From: an uncultured Planctomycetia bacterium
GTDB taxonomy: Bacteria; Planctomycetota; UBA8108
Length of the DNA stretch: 63,591 nt
Assembly (NCBI GenBank): GCA_964392615.1
Contig: CAYMRB010000004.1
Coordinates: forward strand, 1 to 63,591
Direction: 5' to 3'
Shown: piece after piece, positions 8,742 to 18,621 of the stretch
Position numbering within the stretch: position 1 is the first letter of the stretch
How the letters are laid out: each line of letters opens with the position of its first letter
Notes under the pieces: generated by a model
Seen by the model: the letters and a program-made list of their open reading frames with translations, nothing else
Told to the model about the DNA's origin: nothing
Database searches by the model: none
Position numbers and translations under genes: made by a program

Positions 8742-10060
8742 GGGGCCGGCACGATAACGTCCAGCAGGACCGCGCCGCTGCCGATCTGCGGCTGCAGATC
8801 GGCGCCGACGAACGGTGGCAGGATCTCCGCGCCGTCGCTGGTGAAGAAGAAGTGCACGTTCGCCTGCGCCGGCGTGATGATGCCCGGTGCGGAGTACGAG
8901 TAGTAGCCGATGTCGTACGGCCCGTCACCGGGTCCGGACGGCGGCATCGAGCAGTAGCAGTCGAGGCCGCTGCCGACGGGCTCGGGGTAGCCCGGGATGT
9001 CGACGCCCATGTTGGTGACGGCGAAGATGTCCTCGCCGGTCGAGTTGAACGGGCGCGGCGCGAAGAACTCGTCGTCGCCGACGAGGCTTTCGATGACGTA
9101 CGTCACGCTACCGCCCGCCGGCGTGATGTCGGCCGGGAAGTAGCCCGCGACGATCTCGCCGCTGAACAGGTCGTTGCCCTGGTCATCCTGGCCCGCCAGC
9201 GGGGGCACCGATTCGAAGTCGAGCTCGAAGCCCGGCGCCAGCTCGAGGAAGCTCGTGCCGAGGGGGCTGACGTTCGTGAGGGCGAGCGCCTGCGGCAACG
9301 GGTCGTCGAAGAGCAGGATGTCGTTCAGCAGGAGGTTCTCGACGTTGACCTGGACGAGCGAGCCATCCTGCGGGCCGACGGGAGGCGTCGAGCAGGCCGG
9401 GCCGACGAGCGCCGCGGCGAGGCGGGAGATCTGCACGTCGCCGACGAGGAACGGATTGCAGACGCCGATCAGGCCGACGATCGCGACGCCGATCTCGAGG
9501 TCGACGAGGCTGCCGTCCGGCTCGAGGCGACCGGCGAAGATGTTGACCTCGTGGACCTCGCAGACGGAGCCGTCGGGCAGGGGCTGCACGGAGCGGAACG
9601 CGGTGTAGACGGTGAAGGCGTCGCCGGAGCCCTCGATGAACGAGATCGCGCCCGCGTCCTCGACGGTCGGGTCGAGCACGCGAACCTCGAGAATGCCGCC
9701 CGCGCGCAGGCCGAAGCAGAACGCCGCGGTGACCGCGTCGCCGATGTCGGTGCCCGGAATCGTCGTGTCGGCGATGCCGCCGAACGCGTCATAGGTGCCG
9801 GCGACCTCCGGCGGCGTGTCGCCGATCCACGTGTTCATGTGGTCCAGCAGGAGCTGCACGGTCGGGTGGTTCAGGTAGTCGGCGAGCGTCTGGAACGCGC
9901 TCGCGGTGACGCCGCCCTGCGCAGCGCCGACGTCGTACGCGACGGTGACGCGGTGCCGGGTCTTCCTCGAACAGCCGCTCCCGGCGAGGGACAGGACGAG
10001 CGCGGCGCAGAGGGCTACGCAGAGGGTTCGCGTCATCGTGGCGGCGATTCGCGTCAGCAT
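8738..10060 (-). CDS. Hypothetical acidic lipoprotein
   Basis: Hydrophobic signal ending LSLAGSGC (lipobox-like); genome-typical codon use; 4-nt overlap with the downstream gene. Confidence 0.7.
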   Translation of the reverse strand: MLTRIAATMTRTLCVALCAALVLSLAGSGCSRKTRHRVTVAYDVGAAQGGVTASAFQTLADYLNHPTVQLLLDHMNTWIGDTPPEVAGTYDAFGGIADTTIPGTDIGDAVTAAFCFGLRAGGILEVRVLDPTVEDAGAISFIEGSGDAFTVYTAFRSVQPLPDGSVCEVHEVNIFAGRLEPDGSLVDLEIGVAIVGLIGVCNPFLVGDVQISRLAAALVGPACSTPPVGPQDGSLVQVNVENLLLNDILLFDDPLPQALALTNVSPLGTSFLELAPGFELDFESVPPLAGQDDQGNDLFSGEIVAGYFPADITPAGGSVTYVIESLVGDDEFFAPRPFNSTGEDIFAVTNMGVDIPGYPEPVGSGLDCYCSMPPSGPGDGPYDIGYYSYSAPGIITPAQANVHFFFTSDGAEILPPFVGADLQPQIGSGAVLLDVIVPAP

Positions 10061-10520
10061 GGGACTCTACCGTTTCGAGTGAGTGTGGATCGCGGGCGAC
10101 TCCAGTTCCGACGCAGCGCGCGGCGGATTCTTCACCGCGGCGGGAGGCTCGCGGGATGTTCGGGGGCCGGGCGGGCGCCGGGCATCCACGGATCTTCTCA
10201 CGTGCGATCGGCGCTCGCCACCCGCGGGGCGCGGGGCGTCGGCGGGTCAGGACGATTTTCCGCCAGCGAAGTTGCGGTGCGTGGCCGCTGAGCAGCCGCT
10301 ACGGGCAGACTCGGAAAGGTCTCGTCGAACGGTCTTCGACGCCGTTGCGATGGCAAGCTGAAGCCTCGTCGACGTTCTCGGCACCGACGCTCCTTGCGTC
10401 GCCCACGATCCCCGGTTATCCCTGGGCTCGTCGGCCGGAAACCCCGGCGTCCGAACCCCGCGCGTCGCTGTGCACCGACCGCGCGGCGATTCGCGCCGCC
10501 GCACAGAGCACGAACTCGCC

Positions 10521-12645
10521 ATGACCAACCGTCTCATCGACGCGACCAGTCCGTACCTGCGCCAGCACGCCGAGAACCCCGTCGATTGGTACCCGTGGGG
10601 CGACGAGGCGCTGACGCGCGCCCGCGAGCTGAACCGGCCGATCTTCCTGTCGGTCGGCTACTCGTCGTGCCATTGGTGTCACGTCATGGAGCGCGAGTCG
10701 TTCGAGAACCCGGCCATCGCCGAGCTCATGAATCGGCACTTCGTGAACATCAAGGTCGATCGCGAGGAGCGCCCCGACATCGACTCGACGTACATGATGG
10801 CCGTGCAGCTCATGACCGGTCAGGGCGGCTGGCCGATGAGTGTGTTCCTCACCCCCGATCTGCGACCGTTCTGGGGCGGCACGTACTTCCCGCCCGATTC
10901 GCGGTGGGGGCGTCCGGGCTTCGGCGCGATCCTGGCGAGCCTCGCGAAGGCGTGGACCGACAAGCCGGATGAGATCGAGTCGTCGGCAAGCACGTTGACG
11001 GAGCGCATCGCCGCGAAGCCGAGCTACGGCGGCGACGAGCTTCCAGGGACCGACGCGCTCGAGCGCGCTTCGACGGAGGCCGAGAGCCGCTTCGACCCGA
11101 TGTTCGGCGGCTTCGGCTCGGCGCCGAAGTTCCCGCGATCGGTCGAGATCTCGCTTCTGCTGCGCGTGTACGCTCGCGGCGGCGACGCCAAGGTCCTCGA
11201 GATGTGCGAGCAGACGCTCGAGCACATGGCGTACGGGGGCATCTACGACCAGCTCGGCGGCGGCTTCCATCGCTACTCCGTCGACGCGCAGTGGCTCGTG
11301 CCGCACTTCGAGAAGATGCTCTACGATAACGCGCTGCTCGCGCAGACGTACCTCGACGCGTTCCAGCTCACGCGGCGCGACCTCTGGGAGCGCATCGCGC
11401 GCGAGACGCTCGATTGGGTTCTGCGCGACATGACGAGCCCCGAGGGCGGCTTCTACAGCGCGACCGACGCCGACAGCGGGGGCTCCGAAGGGACGTTCTT
11501 CGTGTGGACGCCGGAAGCGGTCGAGGCGGTGCTCGGCGCAGAGGACGCGCGCGTCTTCTGTCGCTACTTCGATGTCTCCGAGACCGGCAACTTCGAGGGC
11601 AAGAGCATTCTCCACATCAGCCACGCGCTCGAGAGTCTCGCTCGCGCCGAGGGGATCGAACTCGAAGCCGTCCAGGGCATCATCGACGACGGCCGACGTC
11701 AGCTGCTCGCGGCGCGCGATCGGCGCGAGAAGCCGTTTCGCGACGAGAAGGCGCTGACCGCGTGGAACGCCCTCATGATCTCTGCCTTCGCGCGCGGCGC
11801 CCAAGTCCTCGATGACGCTCGCTACCGCGACGCGGCCGTGCGCGCCGCCGATCTCGTCCTCGAGCACATGCGGAGCGCGTCCGGGACCCTGCTGCGCGTG
11901 CGCAAGGACGGCCGCAGCGACGTCCTCGGCTTCCTCGACGATCACGCGTACTTCGTCGCCGCGCTCATCGATCTGTGGGAGACGACGTTCGATCCGCGCT
12001 GGCTGCGCGCGGCGCGCGAACTCGCCGATATCGTGCTGGCGGAGTTCGTCGACGACGAGGACGGCGGCTTCTGGTTCACGTCGCGGGCGCACGAGGCGGT
12101 CCTCGCGCGACGCAGGGACGATCTCGACAACGCGACGCCGGCGCCCGGCGCGGTCCTGGCGCTCGCGCTCGCGCGGCTCGAGAGGCTGACCGGCGAGGCG
12201 GCGTATCGCGATGCGGCCGAGGCGTTCCTGCGGTCGATCGCCGGCGTCGTCGAGCAGATGTCGATGGCCTCCAGCATGGCGCTGATGGCCCTCGACTTCC
12301 TCGCCGAGCCACCCGTCGAGATCGCCGTGGTTGGTGACCCCGCCCCCCCCCCCCCCCCGGCGCCCGGGGGGGGGGGGGGCCCCCCCCCCCCCCCCCTCGA
12401 CCGCGAGCCGCGACCTGCTCCGCGCCGCGCACTCCGGGTTCTTGCCGGCGCGCGTCCTCGCAGCCGCGTCGGACGCTGCAGCGGCCGATAAGCTGGGCTC
12501 CGAGGTTCCGCTCCTCGCCGGGAAGCGATCCGAGGCTGCCCGGCCTGCGGCCTACGTCTGCCGTAACCTCGCTTGCCAGGAGCCCGTTAGGGATCCGGCT
12601 GGCCTGGAGGCGTCCCTGCCATTCGCCACCTCCGCGTCGGGATGA
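10521..12645 (+). CDS. yyaL: YyaL/SSP411-family thioredoxin-domain protein, frameshifted at 12338-12396 in this assembly
   Basis: [47 protein letters not shown]. The family C-terminus ([14 protein letters not shown]) lies in the +1 frame after the homopolymer tract. Confidence 0.88.
12338..12396. repeat. Homopolymer block C16-G14-C17
   Basis: C run 12343-12358, G run 12366-12379, C run 12380-12396. Confidence 0.9.
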
Positions 12646-12783
12646 TAATCTTCGACGTCCGAGGGTTAGCAGCCCGTTGGAGAAGGCGATTCGGCCCTTC
12701 TCGGCGGACCGCAAACGCGCCCCGACCATGGTCGGTGTCGAGGCCGTCCCCCGGACGCGTCCATCGTGTTTGCGGAGGTAGAG

Positions 12784-13110
12784 ATGAACTTGCCCGAAGG
12801 CTTCGAAGCCGCGTACCAAGCGTATGGCGTACACGGCATTCCACCCGAGGCCGTGGAAGACTGGAGGTGTTCCGTGGAGTACGGTGCCGGTGCGAAGCAG
12901 TTGCGCGAGGTGAATGGTAAGCGAGAGGTCCTGCAGCAGATTTTCGGCAAGATGGTGCGTTTCAGCGAATCGCTGGACGACATCGAGACCTGGCTCGACG
13001 GCGAGACGCCGGAGGGCTTTGCCGTCGCTGCCGGGCCGGACTTCAGCATTGGAAGGCGGCAACCGCTGACTCTGGAAAGCCTCGACGGGGTACTCGAAGC
13101 CGAGTTCTGA
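12784..13110 (+). CDS. Small acidic hypothetical protein
   Basis: GGAGG 5 nt before ATG 12784; protein-like composition. Confidence 0.6.
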   Translation: MNLPEGFEAAYQAYGVHGIPPEAVEDWRCSVEYGAGAKQLREVNGKREVLQQIFGKMVRFSESLDDIETWLDGETPEGFAVAAGPDFSIGRRQPLTLESLDGVLEAEF

Positions 13111-13151
13111 GCCCGGCACGTCGAACGCTGTCGCGGGAGCGTCTCGAGCTG

Positions 13152-13178
13152 TTGCCACTCGGCCGCGGGCCGTACAAT
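13152..13178 (+). promoter_or_regulatory. Putative promoter, possibly giving a leaderless kinase mRNA
   Basis: TACAAT at 13173-13178 lies 7 nt before the ATG with no Shine-Dalgarno; TTGCCA at 13152 (short 15-nt spacer). Confidence 0.4.
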
Positions 13179-13185
13179 CGGTGCC

Positions 13186-15963
13186 ATGGCACGGGTGATC
13201 TGGCAGCGCTCTGACGGCGAGGAGACGGACATTGCCGTCTCGGAGTCCGTCGTGCTCGGACGGGACGCGGCGGCCGATCTGCAGGTCGACGCGCGCAGCG
13301 TCTCACGGCGTCATGCGCGCATCGACTTGCGGGATGGCCGGTTCTACGTCTCGGACCTCGGCAGCACGAACGGCACGCTCGTCAACGGCGAGGAGGTCAC
13401 GGGCGAAGCGCCGCTCGAGTCCGGCGACGAGATTCTCCTCGGCGCCGAGCGGCTGCGCTTCGAGTCCGACGAGTCGGGCAAGACGCGCTCCGCGCTCGCC
13501 ACCGAGCCCCTGAGCCGCACGCTCGCCCGCGAAAGCGGTGAACGGCGGGGGATCGTCGACGCGAAGCTCCCGGAGGTCTTACCGCGACGCGTCGGTAAGT
13601 TCCACCTCCTGGAGAAGCTCGGCCAGGGCGGCATGGGGGCCGTGTACCGCGCGCGCGACCTCGACTCGAAGCGCGAGGTCGCCGTCAAGCTCATCCGCCA
13701 GCAGATCGGCCGCAAGGAGTCGTTCCTGCAGTTCTTCCATCACCGCGAAGCGGTCCTCGCGCGGGAGATCGACCACGACAACGTCATCACCGTCTACGAG
13801 CACGGCGTCGAGGACGAACAGCACTTCATCTCGATGGAGTACGTGCGGGGGCTGAGCCTCTATCAGCTTCTCAAGCGGCGCCAGAAGCTCGAACCCGTCG
13901 ACGTTCTCGAGATTCTACGGCAGGTCGCGTGCGGGCTCGCGGCGGCGCATCGCCAAGGCGTGGTGCACAGCGATATCAAGCCCGCGAACATCCTGATCGT
14001 CGAAGGGGGCGTCGCGCTTCGGGATGATGACTGCGACGATCCGGCCGACCTGGACAGCCCGGCCGACGGTCTCGGCATCCTCGAGTTCGAGAGCGAGGGC
14101 TCCAAGACTGAGGTCGAGATCGCGATCGAGGGCGCGGACCCCGGGCTCGCCGCCGAGATCCGCCGGCGAGTCGGAGGGCCGATGAAGGAGGTGCTAGTCG
14201 ATCCGCCGTACTTCCCGCGGCCGTCCGAGATGCGCTTCCTCGAGCACTACGTGGGGCGCATGGAGTCCGGACACGGTTTCTTCATCGTCGTCGAAGGAGA
14301 AGCCGGCACCGGCAAGAGTCGGCTGATCAGCGAGTTTCTGCTGCGTCAGAAGGCAGAAGCCGACGTCGCGAAGCGCCGCTATCTCGATCTCGACTGCTCG
14401 CGTATCGAGGGCATCCCCGACCTCTTCGCCCGCTTTCGACCCGACGTGACCAAAGCGCGCAATACCAAGCGCGACATGGTCGAGGCGCTGAAGAAACGGT
14501 TCGCCGAGGTGGAGGAGCCGACGGTGCTGCGGGTGATGGAGCTCGCCAAGGCGACGCCTCTCGTCTGCGACCTCCTCGTCCACATCGCGTCCCTGATGGA
14601 CGACAAGCCGATTCTGGTCGTCGCCAGCGTCGATCAGGCGGAGATCCGCGCGAACGAGTCGCTCGAGGTGCTGTTCGAGATGCTCGAGCAGGTCCTCAAG
14701 GAGCTCTACTTGCGGCCGCTGACCGAGTACCAGATCCAGCGCTACCTCGACGAGCTGTTTCGAGGTGGCTCCGTGGGCAACGCCTTGGCGCCGGACCTGT
14801 TTCGTCTCAGCGGCGGGAACTTCGCCCGCATGCTCGACCTGATGCGTAGCTTCTTCGAGCGCGACATCCTGAAGGTCGACCCGAGCTCCGGCAACGTGAA
14901 CTACCGCCCCAATATGCGCGAGCTCGAGCTCGAGGAGGGCAAGAACCTCTACGAGAAGTACCGTCTGTACGGCAAGGTCGAGCAGCGCATTCTGGCGGCG
15001 GCCGGCTTCATCGGCGAGCGGTTCTTCTTCGACACGCTGAGTCGACTGCAGGACCTCGACGAGACATCGCTCTACTTCGTCGTGCGGCAATTGCTCGCCG
15101 ACGGGTTCTTCACCGAAGAGGACCGCACCTGGTACGGCTTCACGAACGTCGCGTTCCAGCGCTACATGGCCGAGCGCGTGCCGCTGCCTGAGCGGCCGCA
15201 TCTGCATCGCAAGCTCTCACGGCTGCTGCAGACCGTGCCGGTGCCGGAGTCGCCGGAGCTCTACCAATTGCGCGCGCGGCATTTCTGCGGGTGTCGCGAG
15301 CACGCGAAAGCCGTGCAGTGCCTGCTCGAGGGCACGCACCTCGCCCGCAACGCCTACAAGACCGACCTGGCGCGCGATCTGTACCAGGAGGTCCTGCGCA
15401 TCTATCGCGAGCTGTCGAGTCGCACGGGGCCGCGCAAGGAAGTCACGTCGGTCCTCAAGGAGTGGTTCCGGCGCGACGGGAATTGGTACGAGATCCTCGG
15501 CGATATCGCGGCCGAGGACGCGCGCGCGACGGTCAAGATCGCCGATTTCGGCATCTCGTTCCGCACCGCCGATGAGGAGCGCGGCTACGCGGTGGGCAAA
15601 CGACCGGCGCTCGGCACCCCGCGCTACCTGGCGCCAGAGCGCGGCCGCGGTGAACGCGGCGGACCGCTCTCCGACATCTTCTCGCTCGGTGTGATCGCTC
15701 ACGAGATGATCGTCGGCGCTCCGCCGTTCCCGGGGCTCAAGGGTGGCGACGTCGTGCGCGCCTACCGCGAACAGCCCGTGCGCGTACCCGCGCGCGCGAT
15801 CAAGGGCTATCCGGACGGCTTCGACAAGCTCCTCGAGGGCCTGCTCGCCATGGACTCGTCGCGGCGCTGGGACGCGGAGCGCATCGTTCGCGAGGTCGTC
15901 AAGCTGCAATTCGACCTGCGCATGGACCCCAGCGGGCGACGCGGTGGGGCGGTGGCGAAGTAG
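13186..15963 (+). CDS. FHA-domain Ser/Thr protein kinase with an inserted STAND/AAA_16-like P-loop module
   Basis: FHA (LGRD..VSRRHA..STNGT); LGQGGMGAVY, VAVK, HSDIKPAN (aa 261-268); Walker A GEAGTGKS (aa 371-378); DFG (aa 787-789), GTPRYLAPE, SDIFSLG. Confidence 0.92.
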   Translation: MARVIWQRSDGEETDIAVSESVVLGRDAAADLQVDARSVSRRHARIDLRDGRFYVSDLGSTNGTLVNGEEVTGEAPLESGDEILLGAERLRFESDESGKTRSALATEPLSRTLARESGERRGIVDAKLPEVLPRRVGKFHLLEKLGQGGMGAVYRARDLDSKREVAVKLIRQQIGRKESFLQFFHHREAVLAREIDHDNVITVYEHGVEDEQHFISMEYVRGLSLYQLLKRRQKLEPVDVLEILRQVACGLAAAHRQGVVHSDIKPANILIVEGGVALRDDDCDDPADLDSPADGLGILEFESEGSKTEVEIAIEGADPGLAAEIRRRVGGPMKEVLVDPPYFPRPSEMRFLEHYVGRMESGHGFFIVVEGEAGTGKSRLISEFLLRQKAEADVAKRRYLDLDCSRIEGIPDLFARFRPDVTKARNTKRDMVEALKKRFAEVEEPTVLRVMELAKATPLVCDLLVHIASLMDDKPILVVASVDQAEIRANESLEVLFEMLEQVLKELYLRPLTEYQIQRYLDELFRGGSVGNALAPDLFRLSGGNFARMLDLMRSFFERDILKVDPSSGNVNYRPNMRELELEEGKNLYEKYRLYGKVEQRILAAAGFIGERFFFDTLSRLQDLDETSLYFVVRQLLADGFFTEEDRTWYGFTNVAFQRYMAERVPLPERPHLHRKLSRLLQTVPVPESPELYQLRARHFCGCREHAKAVQCLLEGTHLARNAYKTDLARDLYQEVLRIYRELSSRTGPRKEVTSVLKEWFRRDGNWYEILGDIAAEDARATVKIADFGISFRTADEERGYAVGKRPALGTPRYLAPERGRGERGGPLSDIFSLGVIAHEMIVGAPPFPGLKGGDVVRAYREQPVRVPARAIKGYPDGFDKLLEGLLAMDSSRRWDAERIVREVVKLQFDLRMDPSGRRGGAVAK

Positions 15964-16041
15964 CAGTCCGAGTCTGGGACATCCCCGACCGTTCGGTTAT
16001 CATTTGGCGCCTATCTTGACGGAGAGCGGAGTGTCAGGGAG

Positions 16042-17880
16042 ATGACCGCGGTCCTCGGTATATCAGCGTTCTATCACGACTCTGCGGCGGCGTTGGTCGT
16101 CGACGGAGAGATCGTCGCTGCTGCACAGGAAGAGCGGTTCACGCGCAAGAAGCACGATCACGGCTTCCCGACGCACGCGATCGACTACTGCCTTCGCGAG
16201 GCGGGCCTGACGCCGGGAGAGATCGACTTCGTCGGCTTCTACGACAAGCCGCTCCTGAAGTTTGAACGCCTGATCGAGACGTACCTCGCGTTCGCGCCGC
16301 GGGGCTTCCGGTCGTTCCTGAGCGCGATGCCGCTCTGGCTCAAGCAGAAGCTCCATCTGCCGCGAGAGATGCGCCGCGCGCTCGGCGGTGAGTACCGCAA
16401 GCGGTTCGTCTTCACCGAGCACCACGAGTCGCACGCGGCGAGCGCCTTCTTCCCGTCGCCGTTCGAGGAGGCCGCCGTCCTGACTCTCGACGGAGTGGGG
16501 GAGTGGGCCACCGCGAGCTTCGGGACGGGACGGGGCAACCGGATCGAGCTCACCCACGAGCTGCACTTCCCGCACTCGATCGGGCTGCTGTACTCCGCGT
16601 TCACCTACTACTGCGGCTTCCGGGTGAACAGCGGCGAGTACAAGCTCATGGGGCTGGCGCCCTACGGCGAGCCGAAGTACGCGGACCTGATCCTCGAGCA
16701 TCTGATCGATCTCAAGGACGACGGGTCGTTCCGCATGGACATGTCGTACTTCAACTACTGCCAAGGGCTGACGATGACTTCGGAGAAGTTCCATCGGCTC
16801 CTCGGCAAGCCGCCGCGGACTCCCGAGAAGTCCATCGACCAGTTCCACATGGACATCGCGGCGAGCATCCAGAAGGTGACCGAGGAGGTCATGCTGCGCG
16901 CCGTGCGACACGTCCACGCCGTGACCGGCATGAAGAACCTCTGCCTCGCCGGCGGCGTCGCGCTCAACTGCGTCGGCAACGGTCGCGTGTTGCGCGAGGG
17001 GCCGTTCGACCAGGTCTGGATTCAGCCCGCAGCGGGCGACGCGGGCGGCGCGCTCGGCGTGGCGCTGTTCATCTGGCATCAGCTGCTCGACAACGCGCGC
17101 ACGGTCGGCCCGACCGATTGTCAGCGCGGGTCGTTTCTCGGCCCGGCCTTCGACGATCGCGAGATTCGCGAGTTCCTCGACCGCGTCGGCGCAGAGTACG
17201 AGCACTACGACAGCGAGGATGAGACCTGCGCTGCCGTGGCCGGCCTGATGGCGCGAGAAAACGTGGTCGGCTGGCTGCGCGGGCGCATGGAGTTCGGCCC
17301 GCGCGCTCTCGGCGGACGGAGCATCGTCGGCGACGCGCGCAGCGAGAAGATGCAGTCGGTGATGAACTTGAAGATCAAGTTCCGCGAGTCGTTCCGGCCC
17401 TTCGCGCCGTCGGTCTTGCGTGAACGCGTCGACGAGTTCTTCGAGATGCGGCCGGACGAGGACAGTCCGTACATGCTGCTGGTCGCACCGGTGCAGCCGT
17501 CGAAATGCACGGAGCTCAACGGCGAGCTCGACGAGCTGACCGGTCTCGACAAGCTGCACGCCAGGCGCTCCGAGGTGCCCGCGATCACGCACGTCGACTA
17601 CTCGGCGCGCGTGCAGACCGTCGACCCGGAGCGCCACTCGGCGTACTACAAGCTGATCAAGGAGTTCGAAAAGGCCACGGGATGTCCCGTCGTCATCAAC
17701 ACGAGCTTCAACGTGCGGGGAGAGCCGATCGTCTGCACGCCCGAGCATGCGTACCGCTGCTTCATGGGCACGAACATGGATGTGCTCGTCCTCGAGAACT
17801 TCGTCCTCCTGAAGAAAAAGCAGCCCGGCGCGCAGGTCGTCGACCGCGACGCGTACCTCGCCCAGTTCGAGCTCGATTGA
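16042..17880 (+). CDS. O-carbamoyltransferase (NodU/CmcH/SxtI family)
   Basis: LGISAFYHDSAA, EHHESHAASAF, GEYKLMGLAPYG, MEFGPRALG, NTSFNVRGEPIV. Confidence 0.95.
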   Translation: MTAVLGISAFYHDSAAALVVDGEIVAAAQEERFTRKKHDHGFPTHAIDYCLREAGLTPGEIDFVGFYDKPLLKFERLIETYLAFAPRGFRSFLSAMPLWLKQKLHLPREMRRALGGEYRKRFVFTEHHESHAASAFFPSPFEEAAVLTLDGVGEWATASFGTGRGNRIELTHELHFPHSIGLLYSAFTYYCGFRVNSGEYKLMGLAPYGEPKYADLILEHLIDLKDDGSFRMDMSYFNYCQGLTMTSEKFHRLLGKPPRTPEKSIDQFHMDIAASIQKVTEEVMLRAVRHVHAVTGMKNLCLAGGVALNCVGNGRVLREGPFDQVWIQPAAGDAGGALGVALFIWHQLLDNARTVGPTDCQRGSFLGPAFDDREIREFLDRVGAEYEHYDSEDETCAAVAGLMARENVVGWLRGRMEFGPRALGGRSIVGDARSEKMQSVMNLKIKFRESFRPFAPSVLRERVDEFFEMRPDEDSPYMLLVAPVQPSKCTELNGELDELTGLDKLHARRSEVPAITHVDYSARVQTVDPERHSAYYKLIKEFEKATGCPVVINTSFNVRGEPIVCTPEHAYRCFMGTNMDVLVLENFVLLKKKQPGAQVVDRDAYLAQFELD

Positions 17881-17896
17881 ACATCACGGACGATTC

Positions 17897-18313
17897 ATGG
17901 CGCTGATCGAGATCAACAGGAACCCCTCGAAGAAGGAGCTCGGCTGGTTCGGGCTGCTGTTCGCCCTGTTCTTCGGGATCGTCGGGGGCCTCGTCTGGTG
18001 GAAGTGGGGCGCGTCGACGGTGGCGACGTGGATCTGGTCGGTCGCCGGAGCGATCGCCGTCTGCTACTACGCCATTCCGCCCTTCCGCATGCCGCTCTAC
18101 ATCGGCTGGGTGACCGCGGCTTTCCCGATCGGCTGGCTCGTCTCGCACGTCGTGCTCGCGATCGTGTACTATCTCGTCGTGACGCCGATCGGCGTCGCCG
18201 TCCGGATGGCGGGACGCATTGCGATCCGCGCCCCGTTCGACCCGCAGGCGAAGACGTACTGGGTCGAGCGCCCGAGCCGCCGCGCGCCATCGCGGTACTT
18301 TCGACAGTTCTGA
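17897..18313 (+). CDS. SxtJ-family membrane protein
   Basis: KELGWFG, TM helices, YYLVVTPIG, YW..R..YFRQF C-terminus; follows the carbamoyltransferase. Confidence 0.85.
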   Translation: MALIEINRNPSKKELGWFGLLFALFFGIVGGLVWWKWGASTVATWIWSVAGAIAVCYYAIPPFRMPLYIGWVTAAFPIGWLVSHVVLAIVYYLVVTPIGVAVRMAGRIAIRAPFDPQAKTYWVERPSRRAPSRYFRQF

Positions 18314-18342
18314 GATCACCTCCCGCAGAGCTTTCACGAGAC

Positions 18343-18585
18343 ATGACGACAGAGCCCGAGCGCCACGACGAGCCCGAGCCGACCGCCGACCCGTCGGACG
18401 ATCCGTACTCGTTCTCGAGCCAGGCCGAGGCCGAGGCGCCCGGCATCCTGCGCGAGTTCGTCGATTTCCTGCGCGACAACAAGAAGTGGTGGCTGATCCC
18501 GATCGTCGTCGTGCTCCTCTTGGTGGGCGTGCTGGTGGTGCTCGGCGGAACAGCGGTCGCACCGTTCATCTACACGCTGTTTTGA
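18343..18585 (+). CDS. SxtK-like/DUF5989 small membrane protein
   Basis: EFVDFLRDNKKWWLIP...AVAPFIYTLF signature. Confidence 0.88.
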   Translation: MTTEPERHDEPEPTADPSDDPYSFSSQAEAEAPGILREFVDFLRDNKKWWLIPIVVVLLLVGVLVVLGGTAVAPFIYTLF

Positions 18586-18621
18586 TTCGGGCCCCGCCCG
18601 ATCATCGCTGAGGTCGAGAAC

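Noticed and set aside
10061-10520. Riboswitch in the long divergent intergenic region
   Set aside because: GC-rich stems only; no recognisable aptamer consensus.
14002-15530. Intein as explanation for the kinase insertion
   Set aside because: No Cys/Ser start, His-Asn end or LAGLIDADG motifs at the junctions; the insert is a P-loop module.
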